From: Octopus vulgaris | Taxonomy: Eukaryota | Length of the DNA: 64,000 bases | Reading direction: 5' to 3' | Assembly (NCBI GenBank): GCA_951406725.2 | Contig: OX597819.1 | Location: forward strand, 104,098,001-104,162,000 | Shown here: piece after piece, positions 1 through 14,166 of the stretch | Layout of the letters: each line of letters starts with the position of its first letter | How positions within the stretch are numbered: the stretch's first letter is position 1 | Position numbers and translations under genes: made by a program | The notes under the pieces: model-generated | Databases searched by the model: none | What the model was told of the DNA's origin: nothing | What the model saw: the letters and a program-made list of their open reading frames with translations, nothing else

Positions 1-160
1 TGTATGTCCTGTACTCTATTTTTTCGTTGTTTAAAAAAACGTCCATTTCCTCGGTTTTGTGTTTATGTTTTCGTTTCTCATTGTGTTCGACGTTTTTTTG
101 GTGTCCTGTACCCATATATGCATGTATATATACATGTAGAGGTAGGTACGTACATATATG
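1..160 (+). mobile_element. Terminus of a dispersed repeat, same family as 10555-10760 in the opposite orientation
   Basis: Shares cgtttt..g.gtcctgtacccata.atgcat.tata with the reverse complement of 10555-10600. Confidence 0.55.
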
Positions 161-189
161 TATGTATATATGCATATGTTTTATTTATT

Positions 190-266
<77 letters not shown>

Positions 267-463
267 ATATGTATACTTGACTCTCGCCTTTAAAGTAATG
301 ATGGTGGACATGGGTGGAGATAATCAAAACAATATTAGTAGAAGTAGTTGTGATAATATTGTTATTGATAGTGTTGTTGCCGGCAGTTGTATCACTGTTG
401 GCACTGATTTTGGTTACACACTAGTATCTGAAGTAGGTAGATAAATTGAGATCAATATCGAGG

Positions 464-464
<1 letters not shown>

Positions 465-552
<88 letters not shown>
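465..552. repeat. (GATA)n microsatellite
   Basis: Perfect tetranucleotide array. Confidence 0.98.
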
Positions 553-553
<1 letters not shown>

Positions 554-1394
554 GGGAGTGAGAGAAGGATATAGACAAAGTTGAAGAAGGAAAGAGAGGT
601 GGTTACAGAGAACGAAAGAGAGAAATAGATGAAGTTGTAAGGTGGTGGTGGTGTTGATGGAAGGGTGAAAAGCAGAGTCAGAATAATAGTAGGTGTTTCT
701 TATAGTTTGTGGTGGTGATGGTGGTGATAGTGTATTAGTTGCAAGTGTGTTGGTGATGGTTGTAGTAGAGGTGGTGTGCTTGTGGTGTTTGTGACTGTAG
801 TTGTGATTGTTGTATAAGCCATAGTTATGATGGGTATGAATGATGTAGTAGTAGTGGTGGTGGTTCTTGTGGTTATTGTGGTAGTGGTCATCATTACAGT
901 ATGGTTATACTGATTATTGTGGTAGTTGTGGCAGTTGTTATAATGATTACTGTTGTTGTGGTTGTTGTTGTTGTTGTGGTGGTGGTTGTGGTGGTAGTAG
1001 GAACCAGCGAAAGAGTGATTAACTAATTAATAGAGCGATGTAGATTTTAAAAAAAAGAAATACAATCCCACTCAAATGAACTTAAAAATCCATAAACAAC
1101 GGCAGCAGCAGTAGCAGCAGCAGCAACAGCAACAACAACAACAAGACCAACAGTAGCAGCAGCAGCTGCAACAACAACAATTACAATAACAACAATGATT
1201 AAGAGAATAAATGTCGATGAAGAAAAAAATGACGTCATTTAAGTGCAAGGAGTTTGTGAAAATTGAGTGTTCCTTCAACAGATATAGAAATGTGATGCGT
1301 ATATTTCTCACTCAGTAGAGCACATACTCACACAATCAATCACGCGCATACACACCCGTACACACACGCACCAGCTCGATCGTTCCATCACATG

Positions 1395-2412
1395 CTCATT
1401 CACTTATTCAAGCACTCACATATTTATTTATTCACTCACTCGCTTTGTCATTCACTCTTGCACTCACTAATGCAAACATCCACCCAAGCACACGTTCTCT
1501 CAAATATAACCTTAGTCATATCCTCACTTCTTCCTTCTCCATTTCACTCACTCATTCACTCACTCACTCACTCACTCACTCACTCATTCACTCAGATTCA
1601 CTCATTCACCCACTCATTCACTCACACACTCACTCACTCACTCATTCACTCACTCACTCACTCATTCACCCACTCATTCACTCACTCACTCACTCACTCA
1701 TTCACTCACTCATTCACTCAGTCATTCACTCACTCATTCACTCACCCATTCACTCGCTCATTCACTCACTCACTCACTCACTCACTCATTCACTCAGATT
1801 CACTCATTCACCCACTCATTCACTCACTCACTCACTCATTCACTCACTCACTCACTCACTCACTCACCCACTCATTCACTCACTCACTCACTCACTCATT
1901 CACTCACTCATTCACTCACTCACTCACTCATTCACTCAGATTCACTCATTCACCCACTCATTCACTCACTCAGTCACTCACTCATTCACTCACTCACTCA
2001 CTCACTCATTCGCTCACTCATTCACTCACTCACTCACTCACTCATTCACTCAGATTCACTCATTCACCCACTCATTCACTCACACACTCACTCACTCACT
2101 CACTCATTCACTCACTCACTCACTCATTCACCCACTCATTCACTCACTCACTCATTCATTCACTCATTCACTCACTCATTCATTCACTCATTCACCCACT
2201 CATTCACTCACTCACTCACTCACTCACTCATTCACTCACTCATTCATTCACTCACTCACTCATTCACTCAGATTCACTCATTCACTCACTCACTCACTCA
2301 CTCACTCACTCATTCACTCAGATTCACTCATTCACTCACTCACTCACTCACACGTCACTCACTCACACACACACACACACACTCACACACTCTCACACAC
2401 ACACACACACAC
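1395..2412. repeat. Compound (CACT/CATT)n array with a recurring higher-order unit, ending in (CA)n
   Basis: About 1 kb of CACT/CATT in which cagattcactcattcac recurs; source of the THS-repeat pseudo-ORFs. Confidence 0.95.
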
Positions 2413-2597
2413 TCAACTTGCAATTAGCCTCGCGAGCATCGTGATCACCGAAATTACTTGATCCGAGATCATCTACATCATTGGTCCCAACGTCTTTTGC
2501 CCCATCCAGTTTCATGCAAGACATGGACCAAAGGATCATGCGCATAACATAACACAATAAGGTACATAAGGTTTGTTTTACTGATTTACATAATCAT

Positions 2598-2710
2598 GCA
2601 ACCTGCTAGAAATAGTAGCCAATCTTCCAGCTTAAGCAAAATGAAAAGAAAGAGGAGCTAGTTTGAGTAAAGAGGGGATGGTGATCGCCTGAACACTTTT
2701 CTTTATCATT
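2598..2710 (+). mobile_element. Dispersed repeat fragment (acctgctagaaatagcagcc family); related pieces at about 4440-4545, 13160-13345 and 44710-44830
   Basis: Shared ctgctagaaatagYagccaa and gatggtcatggYtggaatg-like motifs between copies. Confidence 0.6.
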
Positions 2711-3029
2711 AATATGTAGGAGCTACCCCCTCCTCACACACACAACCGACGACGATGACCACCACCACCACCACTACCACCATTATAACCACCACCATCA
2801 CCACCACTACTACCATCATCACCACCACCACCACAGCATCATGATCCCCCTCCTCCTCCTCACCTCCACCACCACCACCACCCTCCTCCTCCTCCTCATC
2901 ATCATCATCATCATCAACTACAACAACAGCTCTGTATTGAAATGTAACAGGAGACCTTTGGAGTTCAAGTTGCATTGAAGACAGTTGTGCGTATTTATGG
3001 AACGCAATACTTTTTTAATTATTGCATCA

Positions 3030-3345
3030 AATTTTGGGACAAGGCCAGCAATTTTGAGGGAAAAGGACGACTTTATTACATTAACCCCAGTACATTACCC
3101 CCCCCCCCCCCCTAGACGACTTGACTACATTGATTCCAGTACTGAAGGATGAAAGTCGAGCTCGGCGGAATTTGAACTCAGAACGTAAAGAGCCGGAAGC
3201 AATGTCAGTAAGCTTTTTGTCTGCCAGTTCAACGGCTTACAATACTCTTAACTAATACTTTCTGCTCTAGGCCCAAGATAAGAAATTTGGTGGGGAGGGG
3301 AAAGTCGATTATCTCGACCTCGGTGCTTGGCTGATACTAATTTCA
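3030..3345 (-). mobile_element. Octopus-type tRNA-derived SINE family A, two partial copies
   Basis: ctcggcggaatttgaactcagaacgtaaag is the reverse complement of the family A core seen at 22410-22440. Confidence 0.8.
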
Positions 3346-3364
3346 ACCCCATTTACTATGTTGC

Positions 3365-3952
3365 ACGAAAACCTTAAAATATATTCAACATGAACCCACG
3401 ATTGTATCTATAACAGCAAAACTACAAAATATCTTCAGCTCCCAAACCCTAACGTATCTACGACGCCAAACTCCCACAAGCATTTCAATAATACTCCACA
3501 GATGTATTTATAAGATTACAACCGCAAATATATCTAGAACACCAAAATACCAATCACATCTATAACACCAATCCCCAAGCATAGCTATAAGGCCAAAATC
3601 TTAAACATATCTATAACACCAAAACCCCAAACATATCTATAACGCCAAAACTCCATACATGAGATACAAATCCCAAACATATCTAAAACTCCCAAACCGC
3701 AAATATATTTAGATGACCAAAACCCAAAATATATCTATAACATCAAAACTCCAAACATATCTATAATACCAAAATTTCAGTATATCTATAGGACCAAAAA
3801 CTCTGAATATGCCTATAGCATCAAAGCCCACCAAATATCTATAATACCAAATCCCCAAACATATTTAAAACATCCAACCCCATGACATATCTGTAACACC
3901 AAGCCCCTAAATATATCTACAGCACCCAAATCCTAAGCGTTTCTACAACACT
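3365..3952. repeat. Degenerate 26-bp minisatellite (caccaaaaccccaaacatatctataa), about 22 units
   Basis: The atatctata core recurs with about 26-bp spacing. Confidence 0.9.
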
Positions 3953-4004
3953 GCAGAACAGTCTTTCAACACCTTCAAAAAAGCACTTCCTTTTACTCAC
4001 AACT

Positions 4005-4180
4005 TACAAGGTTTGAAATTTTGGGGAATTATACCAAACCCAGTGCTGTACTGGTACTTATTTTATCGACTCCGAAACGATGGAAGACAAAGCTGACAAC
4101 GGCTGAATTTGAATTCGGAGAGTAAAAACGGACGAAATGCAGCCAAGCATTTCGTCCAGCGTATTAACGACTTTGCACTA
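4005..4180 (-). mobile_element. SINE family A, diverged copy
   Basis: ctggtacttattttatcgac...gaatttgaattcggag...aagcatttcgtccagcgtattaacg. Confidence 0.75.
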
Positions 4181-4366
<186 letters not shown>

Positions 4367-5107
4367 ATGATAAAGAGAAAGGTGGAAAGGGCACAAAATT
4401 TCCCCTACACTTGTATAGGTTCCTGACAGTATGGGAATCATTGCATTAGACAATGCAATCCAAGATATTCCTAAAAGACGAGATGGTTATAGTTGGAACG
4501 CCCGAATTATGATCAATCAGGTTGGACCTTCAGTTAAAAAGCAGCAACAACAAATACAAGAAGAATGACAGCAACCTTATTCTCCCCTTACACACTTACT
4601 CTCTTGGGTTGCACATCACCAAAGTTAATTGCAGAGGCACAGTAACTGTTGCTATTTGACGAAGATCATTTTGTCTTCTACTGTGGTCGCTATCAGAACC
4701 AGCACGAGTCAACCTTTACGTAATCACTTGACTTGCAAGAAATTGCAGCGTAATCATCTTCAAATAGTACCTCACCATCGTATAAAATGGTTGAATATGC
4801 AGTGTAAACAAATATCGAATATAAGATTCAAAAAGGGACGATATGAACTTCATACACGGTAATATTCCTCTTAGTATGTGCAAACCTCACCTGAGAACAG
4901 TAGTGACTACGAATCTGCGTGAAACATTCTAAAAACATTACAAAAGTATGGGGTTTTTTTACGAAGACTTTAAAATACTCCATAAACACAATCAAACAAT
5001 ATTTGCAAATACTCCTAACTCCAAATCCCACCAAACACACGGATTTACAAGATGCAAATATCAATAAAAATAGAATTCTCGCTGGTAAGAATTAAGTTTC
5101 TAAACTA

Positions 5108-5177
5108 GATGCTTTGGTTCAATGGTAGAACGCCTGTCATGCTTACAGGAGATGAGGGTTCGAGTCTCACGTTAGCT
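5108..5177 (+). pseudogene. tRNA-like relic (TGC, Ala-like anticodon) or SINE head
   Basis: D arm gttc-aatggta-gaac, anticodon arm cctgt-catgctt-acagg and T loop GGTTCGAGTC are present; the acceptor stem does not pair. Confidence 0.6.
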
Positions 5178-5869
5178 CTTGATCCCTCTTATCCAATGGC
5201 ATTTTTAACTCAATATTTATAAGCTGTTATTTATAGTTTTGCTTGCTTCGAGATTCATCGTTCCAAAAATGGATTATCATTAAAAATGACAGCAGTTGTA
5301 ACGACGAAATAAAGAAAGTATCGTTGCTATCTTCTTTGAACATTGTAATGTCCCCAGAGTTTAGAAACTTAGATAGAAAATTCTATCACTTGTGAAGTTC
5401 AACAAGGATCCCAATGAGATAACATCATATAGACAGGCCCATTAACTTCCTATGAATCCCGTCAAATATTCTAAAATAACTGATAGGTGTATCATTAATA
5501 CACACACACACATACACACACGCACACACACATGCCCTTCTCGAAATCACGGCACATATTCTCTATGTAATATTTGCCCACCAAACACTCACAAATTTAA
5601 CAAAAAAATTACATGATGGCTTCCGAATAAAAACTGCCATACACACCATATTAAATGCGTTCGACAAACTTCTTGCTCCATTGCCCACTATCTACCGATA
5701 TAAAAAATATACTTCAAAAACCTTCAGAAACCACACAAGACATTGGTTTGAAAAAATATCTTTAAACGGCCAAACCTATATAGTCTTTCAGGGCTAACAA
5801 TTTCTCGAATAGAGTACCAGAGAGATCCGTCCCCTTTCCTGCTCTTTTAAGCTTTACTTTCTGGTGCAA

Positions 5870-6150
5870 TCACCAACCAACCAACCAACCAACCAACCAA
5901 CCAGCCAACCAACCAACCAACCAGCCAACCAACCAACCAGCCAGCCAGCCAACCAACCAACTAACTATCCATTCTTCTGAGCAACCAACAAGCCAGCCAA
6001 CCATAGAGAAAGATAGACAAACAAAGAGTCATTGAAACAACCCGCCAGTTAAATCAAGCCATTCAGTCATCCAGCCATCCAACTATCTAACCATTCAACC
6101 AGCCAGCCAGCCAGCCAGCCAACCAACCAGGCAGGCAGACAGACAGACTG
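5870..6150. repeat. (ACCA/GCCA)n microsatellite, degenerate
   Basis: Directly visible. Confidence 0.85.
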
Positions 6151-7116
6151 CTATGCCAGTTGAATTAATAAAATTATTAGTTGTGATGGAGATTTTTTTT
6201 ATGAAGTTCAATCAACGTGCTGTGGCATTTCATTTAGATCGGAGCTTTTCTTCAATTATATTTGACCAGTTGTCACTTTGCACGGACAACACTGGACACT
6301 ATTATCTTTATTTAGATGTTATGGTCACCAGTAATGGTGGTGGTTGTGGTGACAAGGGCGGTGATAGTAGTGATGGTGGTCGTGGTGATTGTGATGGTGG
6401 TTGAGATGGTGGGGGTGATTATGGTGGTTGTAGTGACGGTGGTAGTAGTGGAAATACTGGTGGTTGTAATGGTAGTGGTGATGATGATGATGATGATGAT
6501 GATAGTGGCTGTGATGGTGGTGGTGACAGAGATGCTATTGGTGGTGCTGGCGATGTTGGCTGTGATGGTAGTGATGGCACTGGTGGTGGTTGTGTGGAGG
6601 GTCATGGCTGTGTTGGAATTGTGGATGTGAAGATGATGTAGTTGTAACGGTGGTGGTTGTGCCAGCAATGGCAGTAATGGTGGCAATCTGGAGGGGATAA
6701 AAATGGTATGGGGGGTGGGGGGAGCAAAGAAATAAAAGAAGAAAAAGACGGAGAAGAAGAAGGAGATAAAGAAGTTGGGGAAGATGGAAAAGGAGGAAGA
6801 GGAGAAAGCATGGAGAAAGAAAAAGAGGAGGCCAAGAATAAGAAGAGATGATAATAAAAATAATAGTAATATTAACAATAATAATAATAATAGATGAAAA
6901 GAACGGGAGTGTTAGAATGAAGTAAAGAGAGACGCATACATATATACATAAGTACACACACACACACACACAAGCACGTATACACATGCACGCACACACA
7001 CACACATATATATATAGATATACGTATATATACATAAAAATGTATATACATGCACAAATACACATACGTGCATATATATACATATATATGTATATATATA
7101 TAAATATACTTGTGCA

Positions 7117-7164
<48 letters not shown>

Positions 7165-7315
7165 CGTATACATAAATGTATATAGACACATACATATATA
7201 CATACATACGTATATATGTATAAATATGTGTATGTGTGTGTGTGTGTATGTAGATCAAGAGGAAGATAAAATGCTAAAGTGTAAGAGAGTGTGTGAGTGT
7301 GTCTATGTGAATGTG

Positions 7316-7383
<68 letters not shown>

Positions 7384-7558
7384 CGAGTGAGAGAGAGATA
7401 GGAAGGGGTGGAGAGAATGAAAGAGATAATGAAAAACAGAAGAGAGTGAGATTGACAGATCGATATCTTTTTGTGTCTTTTCACACTCATTCACACACAC
7501 ACACACACAGTGACTCGCGCACACACACACATGTACACTTATACATAGACAACGTACT

Positions 7559-7617
<59 letters not shown>

Positions 7618-8152
7618 GTATGTATACACTGGATGTACTTACACGTAGACACAGACATACGCAGACAGGTATACGTAACCATACGTATTATATATATATA
7701 TATATACAAATATATATATATGTATATATACACACACACACATATTCAAAGACATACTTTGGCACACACACACACACACACACATACAAATACAGACATA
7801 TGCGTGCACAGACATGCACCTAATCACACACACAGATATACACATATTCTCAACCCTTAACAGTTCGAGGGAAAATTTAATTTTGATGTGTGTAGAATAA
7901 AAAAAAATGAGGAAAGGATGTGGTGGCGGTGGTGGCTGTGGTGGTGATAGTGATGGTGTTGGTGTTGAAGGTGGTTGTGATATTGGTGGAGTGATATCGC
8001 ACCTAAATGGCCTAACGATAATGGGGGATGTACACACACACACATATAAACATACACACACACACACGCACATGAACGCATATATATATATATATACACA
8101 CATATATATCGAAACACATATACAGATATTTACATACTTATATATGAAGGTA

Positions 8153-8203
<51 letters not shown>

Positions 8204-8293
8204 GTCTGTGTCTGTGTGTGTGTATATATATATACATATATATAAAAATACACTTACACACATGTATATAAATATTTATATAAATGTATATGT

Positions 8294-8326
<33 letters not shown>

Positions 8327-8697
8327 AAAACATACACGTACCAGTATGTATAAATATAGAGTAAACTCATGTATCTATTATGTTATGCATCGATATATTC
8401 ATGCGTGTTTATATGTCTAATTTAGTTTTATTGTCATTGTATAAAAGCACTGCGAAGAGAGCTTATATATACATAAACACATATACACAAACCTATATAC
8501 GAGTGTATATGTGTATATATATATATAGGTATACATGTATGAGTCCGTGTGATTGTATGTAGTTTGCTGTACAGATATATGCATATATACAAGAATATAT
8601 ATATATATATATATCTTGGTACGTATACATATATAGATATACACACATACACGTATATATGTTTAAAAAATGTATATATTATGTATGTATGTATATA

Positions 8698-8741
<44 letters not shown>

Positions 8742-8903
8742 CATATACATAATATAACAATCATACAAATAAATTTACGAAGTTAATTACATATATACTT
8801 ATAATTTAAATATGTATTATATATATATATGTATATGTTTATATAAATACATACATAATGTATATATATCAATATATACAATATATGTATGTATGTGTGT
8901 ATG

Positions 8904-8940
<37 letters not shown>

Positions 8941-10050
8941 ATATACATACATATATATTCTTGTATATATATTTATATACATACGTGTGTATATGTATGT
9001 GTGTTTGGGTGCATGTAATTGTATTTATTATTTATATATGTATGTATGTGTGGAAAATGCTTCAGTCAGTAAATGTGTTACGAGCTGTCCGTTGCACGGC
9101 TGGAAGAGGTTTGTCAGGAAATTGTGGGGTCGTATTGGAGAGGTGGGTGGTCGGTCGGTCGGGTGGGATGGGTGACGTGATGGAGGGTGTGTGTCTTTCA
9201 TTGCGACATGTGGTCATAAAGAGCTAAATGAAACCATGACTATAGAGGTATTACATTGACTATTGACAGACTGGTGATGGTGGCGGGGGTTGGTGATGAC
9301 GGTGTGGCGGGAGTAGCTAAACGCGGGCATTGCATGCAAGTCACACAATCTCAAAGAAAACGAGAGGGAGGGGAAGGGAGGGAAGGAGTGAGGGAGTGAC
9401 AAAGAGAGGGGTACGGAGGTTTAGTTAATTTGTAATGGAGACAAAATGACCAGTTTTCGCTTGACCTTTAATTATGACAGACTTGAGAAAGGTGGGTCGG
9501 GAACGGGGTATTGATGGTGTCGGCGGTAGCGGTGGCGGTGGAGGTAGCGGCAACGGCGGCGGAGGCGGAGGTGGTGGTGGTGGTTGTGGTAGAGGTGATG
9601 GTCAGTGTGATGAACGCTAGTCTCTGCTTGAATGATTGAGGTGGTGACGGTGATGGAGTGAATAAATGGGAATAAGCAAAAGTATTGTTGAATGTTGCGA
9701 GTTTCGGATTTGGGTGAAAGTTTGTGTGGTGTTGCGGGTGTGTTGAATGCTGTGGTATGGCATTTTGGTGATGTGAGGTGTTGTGTTCTGCGACGGTTTT
9801 TTTTTTTGGTACTGTCTAGTGTGGTGCTCTGAGGTGTCTTATGATGCGTGTGTATTGTGCTGTTGTAGGTCTTACAGCTGTTTCCGAGATATTTTATATC
9901 TCATCGGAGACGGTGTGAGAAAATGGTTAAGCAATATATGTGTGTGTGTGTATATGTATATATATATATATATATATATCCATTTAGATATGTACTTGCG
10001 ATTGTGTATGCACATATATATATATGTATGTATGTAAATGAATAAATGTG

Positions 10051-10092
<42 letters not shown>

Positions 10093-10210
10093 TCTGTATG
10101 TATGCATGTATGTATGTGTATATATATGTATATATACACACATATATTTATATGATAAACTTACTTGGAAATGGATGCGTGGCGTTCAATCATATAATAA
10201 TATAAATAAT

Positions 10211-10281
<71 letters not shown>

Positions 10282-10291
10282 TACATACATA

Positions 10292-10544
10292 TTGGGTTGT
10301 TGCATAATTATTGCGGCTTTTTTCTTTTTCAACAAATTTTATTCCACAAAAACAATAACAATATTTAACAAAAACTTCTTTAAATGACGGTCTGACCGTC
10401 TGCCAGGCAAATGGGAAGCAGTAATTGAAGTAGATGGTGATTATACTCCGGTATAATCATTTAAAGATGTTTTTGTTACATGTTATTGTTGTTATTGAAT
10501 AAAATTTGTTGAAAAAAAGCCGCAATAATTATGCACCAACCCAA
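10292..10544. mobile_element. Mariner-derived MITE (253 bp) with long TIRs and TA target duplication
   Basis: TA|ttgggttgttgcataattattgcggc ... gccgcaataattatgcaccaacccaa|TA. The interior encodes a transposase C-terminal remnant RLPGKWEAVIEVDGDY on the + strand. Confidence 0.9.
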
Positions 10545-10554
10545 TATATATGTA

Positions 10555-10760
10555 TATATATATATATGCATGTATGGGTACAGGACGTCACAAAACGTAA
10601 ACAACATGAAAAACAAAATACGAAGACAGCATGAAATACGAAGGCAAAATTTGGGTATGCGAACAACGAGAGAAACAAATGGAAAACAAGACAAGTAACA
10701 TAAAGAACGACCCTTCATCAGTTGTCGGCTGTCCATGTACTCCTCATTTCGAAAAGCCAA
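10555..10760 (-). mobile_element. Dispersed repeat terminus, possibly Penelope pLTR-like
   Basis: Homologous to 1-160; the minus strand contains GAAA-25 nt-CTGATGAAGGG. Confidence 0.5.
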
Positions 10761-11993
10761 AAAGGAAAAATTCAATTGTCACTAATTGTGACTGATGGTG
10801 CAGGGTAGCATCTACATAGCTAGAAATAAGTGCTAAAAGCCCTTATAGCCGTTATGCATTGACAGGGGAGATAACCACCCCAATGAGTGAGATCATCATA
10901 CTGGTCTAGTTTTGCTTGGAAAGAGAGGTGTAGGCATTGGTGTGTTGGTAAGAAGTTTACTTCCAAAACATATAATAAAAGCAACTCACAGTGATGGATT
11001 AAATTCACACGCGCGCGCACGCGCACAAATTTTGAAAATTTATATTAAAAGCAAATGGAAGAATTTCATCAGGAATAAAGAGAGAAAATATCTACATTTT
11101 CATTTAAATAGGCTACCGGTTTCAATTGTATTTAAGTCAATTTAGTCATGCTGCAAGAGAAGGAACAACAAAGTAAAATAAATTAATCATTTATTTTTGG
11201 AAGTGTTGGAAGTTTTCGTACAAAATTCACTGGTACTGGTTGTTGATATTCTGATGGCTAAACGGATTTAAACGGACTTCAGCTGTGATCAATCTATCGT
11301 ATTGTTTATCTAGAAATCCACTGGGTAATGTATCATGCCCACTTTTGTTTGTGAAAGAGGTTAGGTGGGAGAATTTTAAGAGATTTGTCTGTTATTATAA
11401 GCAGATCGAGCAAGCAAGAAGAGATGTCATCGTTGCCATGGCAAAACGATATTTTGGTCGGTAATGATGTTTTTAGAGCTATATTTCGACAAGAAAACAC
11501 ACATATAAATATGTATGTATATATATGTTTCTGCATGTATATATATATATATAAGCACACCTCCATATACATACGTATATACACATTCACATGTACACAA
11601 ATGTCTATATATCTCTCACTATCTATCGATCTATACATACATACATACATACATACATACATACATACATACATACATACATACATACATACATACATAC
11701 ATACATACATTCGTACATACATACATACATACAAACATACACGCACAAACCAATGAAGTGATTAAGTCGGAAAATGGATTAAAACTTGGAAATTCTGTTG
11801 TTAAAATGACACCACCAACAAAGATTTAACGGTAATTACTAAAACTGGTTGTAGGGGTTAAGTCAAACTAGTTTCTGTTTGGAAAATTTTGAGATGACAG
11901 CTGGACTAAGATAAAGCGAACACCGCTATCAACAGTAACAGTAGCAGGACTACCGCCAACACTGCCAAAAATATCAGTAGTGCGTTCATCATC

Positions 11994-12525
11994 GCCACCA
12001 CCACCACCACCACCACCACCATTACTAGCAATAGCTCCATCACCACCACGACGCTACAACCACCGATACCGCCACCATCACTATCATCACCACCACAACC
12101 GTCGTCGCCTCCACCACCATCACTGCCACCAATAACAATCATCACACTCACCATCACCACCACCACCATCACCGCTACCACCACGACCACCGATACGACG
12201 ACGACGACGACGACTACAACCACCACCACCACCACCGTGACAAGGTTTCTCCTCCCCAAGAGTCATTGCCACCACCACCACCACCACCATTACTAGCAAT
12301 AACTCCATCACCACCACCGATACCGCCACCATCACTATCACCACCACCACAACCGTCGTCGCCTCCACCACCATCACTGCCACCAATAACAATCATCACA
12401 CTCACCATCACCACCACCACCACCACCACCGATACGACGACGACGACGCCGACTACAACCACCACCACCACCACCACCGTGACAACGTTTCTCCTCCCCC
12501 AAGAGTCATTGCCACCACCACCGTC
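11994..12525. repeat. Tandem duplication of a CAC-rich unit of about 250-270 bp (about 2 copies)
   Basis: Non-simple sequences attactagcaata, ccaataacaatcatcacactc and tttctcctccccaagagtcattgcc each occur twice. Confidence 0.9.
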
Positions 12526-12599
12526 TCCACCGCCACCGCTACCACCAAGCTGCAAGCGAACTGAATCTGCAATGATCCGGTTTCATACTGAAGTTGAAG

Positions 12600-12990
12600 C
12601 TACTTTACTCCAATACTCCTTTATGTATTTCACTCCATATACTTCGCTATACCTCCCTCATTTCACATCATCCGCTTACACTACTAACATACTCTCCTAC
12701 ACTCCACTCAATAGACCACTTTAGTCTCCACTCCACATACATCACTATACTACACTCCACATACGCCATCATACTCCACTTTACATCCCCACAATACTCT
12801 ACTCCACACACACTGCTACACTCCAGTCCATAAACAGTGCTACACTCTACATACTCTACTCTACTCTACTCCCCTCCACATATTCTACTCCCTCACACTG
12901 CTACACTCCACTCCATATACACCACTTTACTCCATATGCACCACTCTACACACACTGCTATACTCCACTTATACTACTATACTTCACTCA
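12600..12990. repeat. Degenerate ACTCC/ACTAC-rich minisatellite
   Basis: Recurrent tacactccac and atactccac motifs. Confidence 0.7.
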
Positions 12991-13389
12991 AAATGAATGA
13001 TTATAATTTCCCATGTTCTTACTAATCAATCTGTTATGCTAATCAATCTGTCTATTATATCAATTCGCTTCTTTTCGTAATGAAGCTGTCTATGATATCA
13101 ATTATAATTATAGTAATTTGTCTATTTTACAAATCAGTCTTCGAGCTACAGCAAGAACCTCTACGACATCACTCGACTTGCCAGAAATGGCAGCCAAATT
13201 TTCTTTAAGTCATAATCTATTTTCATACACGAGAAAAGTAACACTGAGTAAGTCATGTAGTTTTAGATAAAGCTACAGAGATGAGATAGTCATGGTTGGA
13301 ATGTCTTTCTATAAGTTTACCTTATCAAAGTTGACCTAGGGATCAACAACAACAACAACGACAATTACAAATCAATGTATTGTAGTAAT

Positions 13390-13500
13390 CAATCAATTTT
13401 ACTAATCAGTCGATTATGCTAATCATCTCTGATGCTAATCAGTGTATTATGCTGATCAGTCTCTGATGCTAATTAGTCTTCGTTGTTAATCAGTTGAGGA
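13390..13500. repeat. About 17-bp degenerate tandem repeat (gctaatcagtc..ttat); a related pair lies at 13020-13060
   Basis: ctaatca recurs at about 15-17-bp spacing. Confidence 0.7.
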
Positions 13501-13939
13501 AATCATAAATGTAGGGTCTTTATGCTTAGTCATAAGAAATCATTAATCCTTAAAGTTCTTGTCAGAGTCGCAAATTGGTCAAGAAGATAATGTATCGATC
13601 TACCGATCGAAAGATCAATGGTTTGTATAATGTCATCAGTCATTGGCTTGTACATGTACGTGCATCCGTACATACGTACATGTAAACATACATACATACA
13701 TACATACATACATACATACATACATACATACATGCATACATACATACACACACACATACACTCACACATATATATATCTCGGATCATTTTTAAAGCTATT
13801 TGTAACGTTTAACTCAGTACAAACTGTCGCATAGTCGGGCTATTAGCAACTAAACTAGCAACCCTAGTAAGCCTACTTTGTCAGTGATGGTCTGGTATGT
13901 CAACAGCAACAATATATATGTATATATGGTATTGTTATA

Positions 13940-14110
13940 TAAGCTTAAAACGATCATCGTGCAAAAACTAAAGAAAATAGTCTAATAAAGGGGTACATAA
14001 GCCCTCGACAGTAAAAAAAAGAAGGATTTCCTATCTGCATGGGACGCGAACAAACATCCCTTTGTTAACGCGACTAAGTGTGTTACCTTTACACCAGCGA
14101 ATTAGCCTCC
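13940..14110 (-). mobile_element. Repeat with a tRNA-like head (A and B boxes); second copy at 61063-61185
   Basis: Minus strand reads tggtgtaaaggt...gttcgcgtccc; aagaaaatagtctaataaag..cataagccctcgacag is shared with 61095-61135. Confidence 0.7.
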
Positions 14111-14166
14111 CCGTTTGTGTCAATTTAAGAACTATTTAGTTCGTATATATATATATATATATATAC

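Noticed and set aside
1392-2461. 350-aa and 338-aa His/Ser/Thr-rich ORFs
   Set aside because: Entirely a (CACT/CATT)n microsatellite.
3365-3952. CRISPR-like array
   Set aside because: Contiguous degenerate tandem units without unique spacers, in a eukaryotic context with no cas genes.
5108-5177. Functional tRNA gene
   Set aside because: Acceptor stem unpaired, T stem mismatched and anticodon loop lacks U33.
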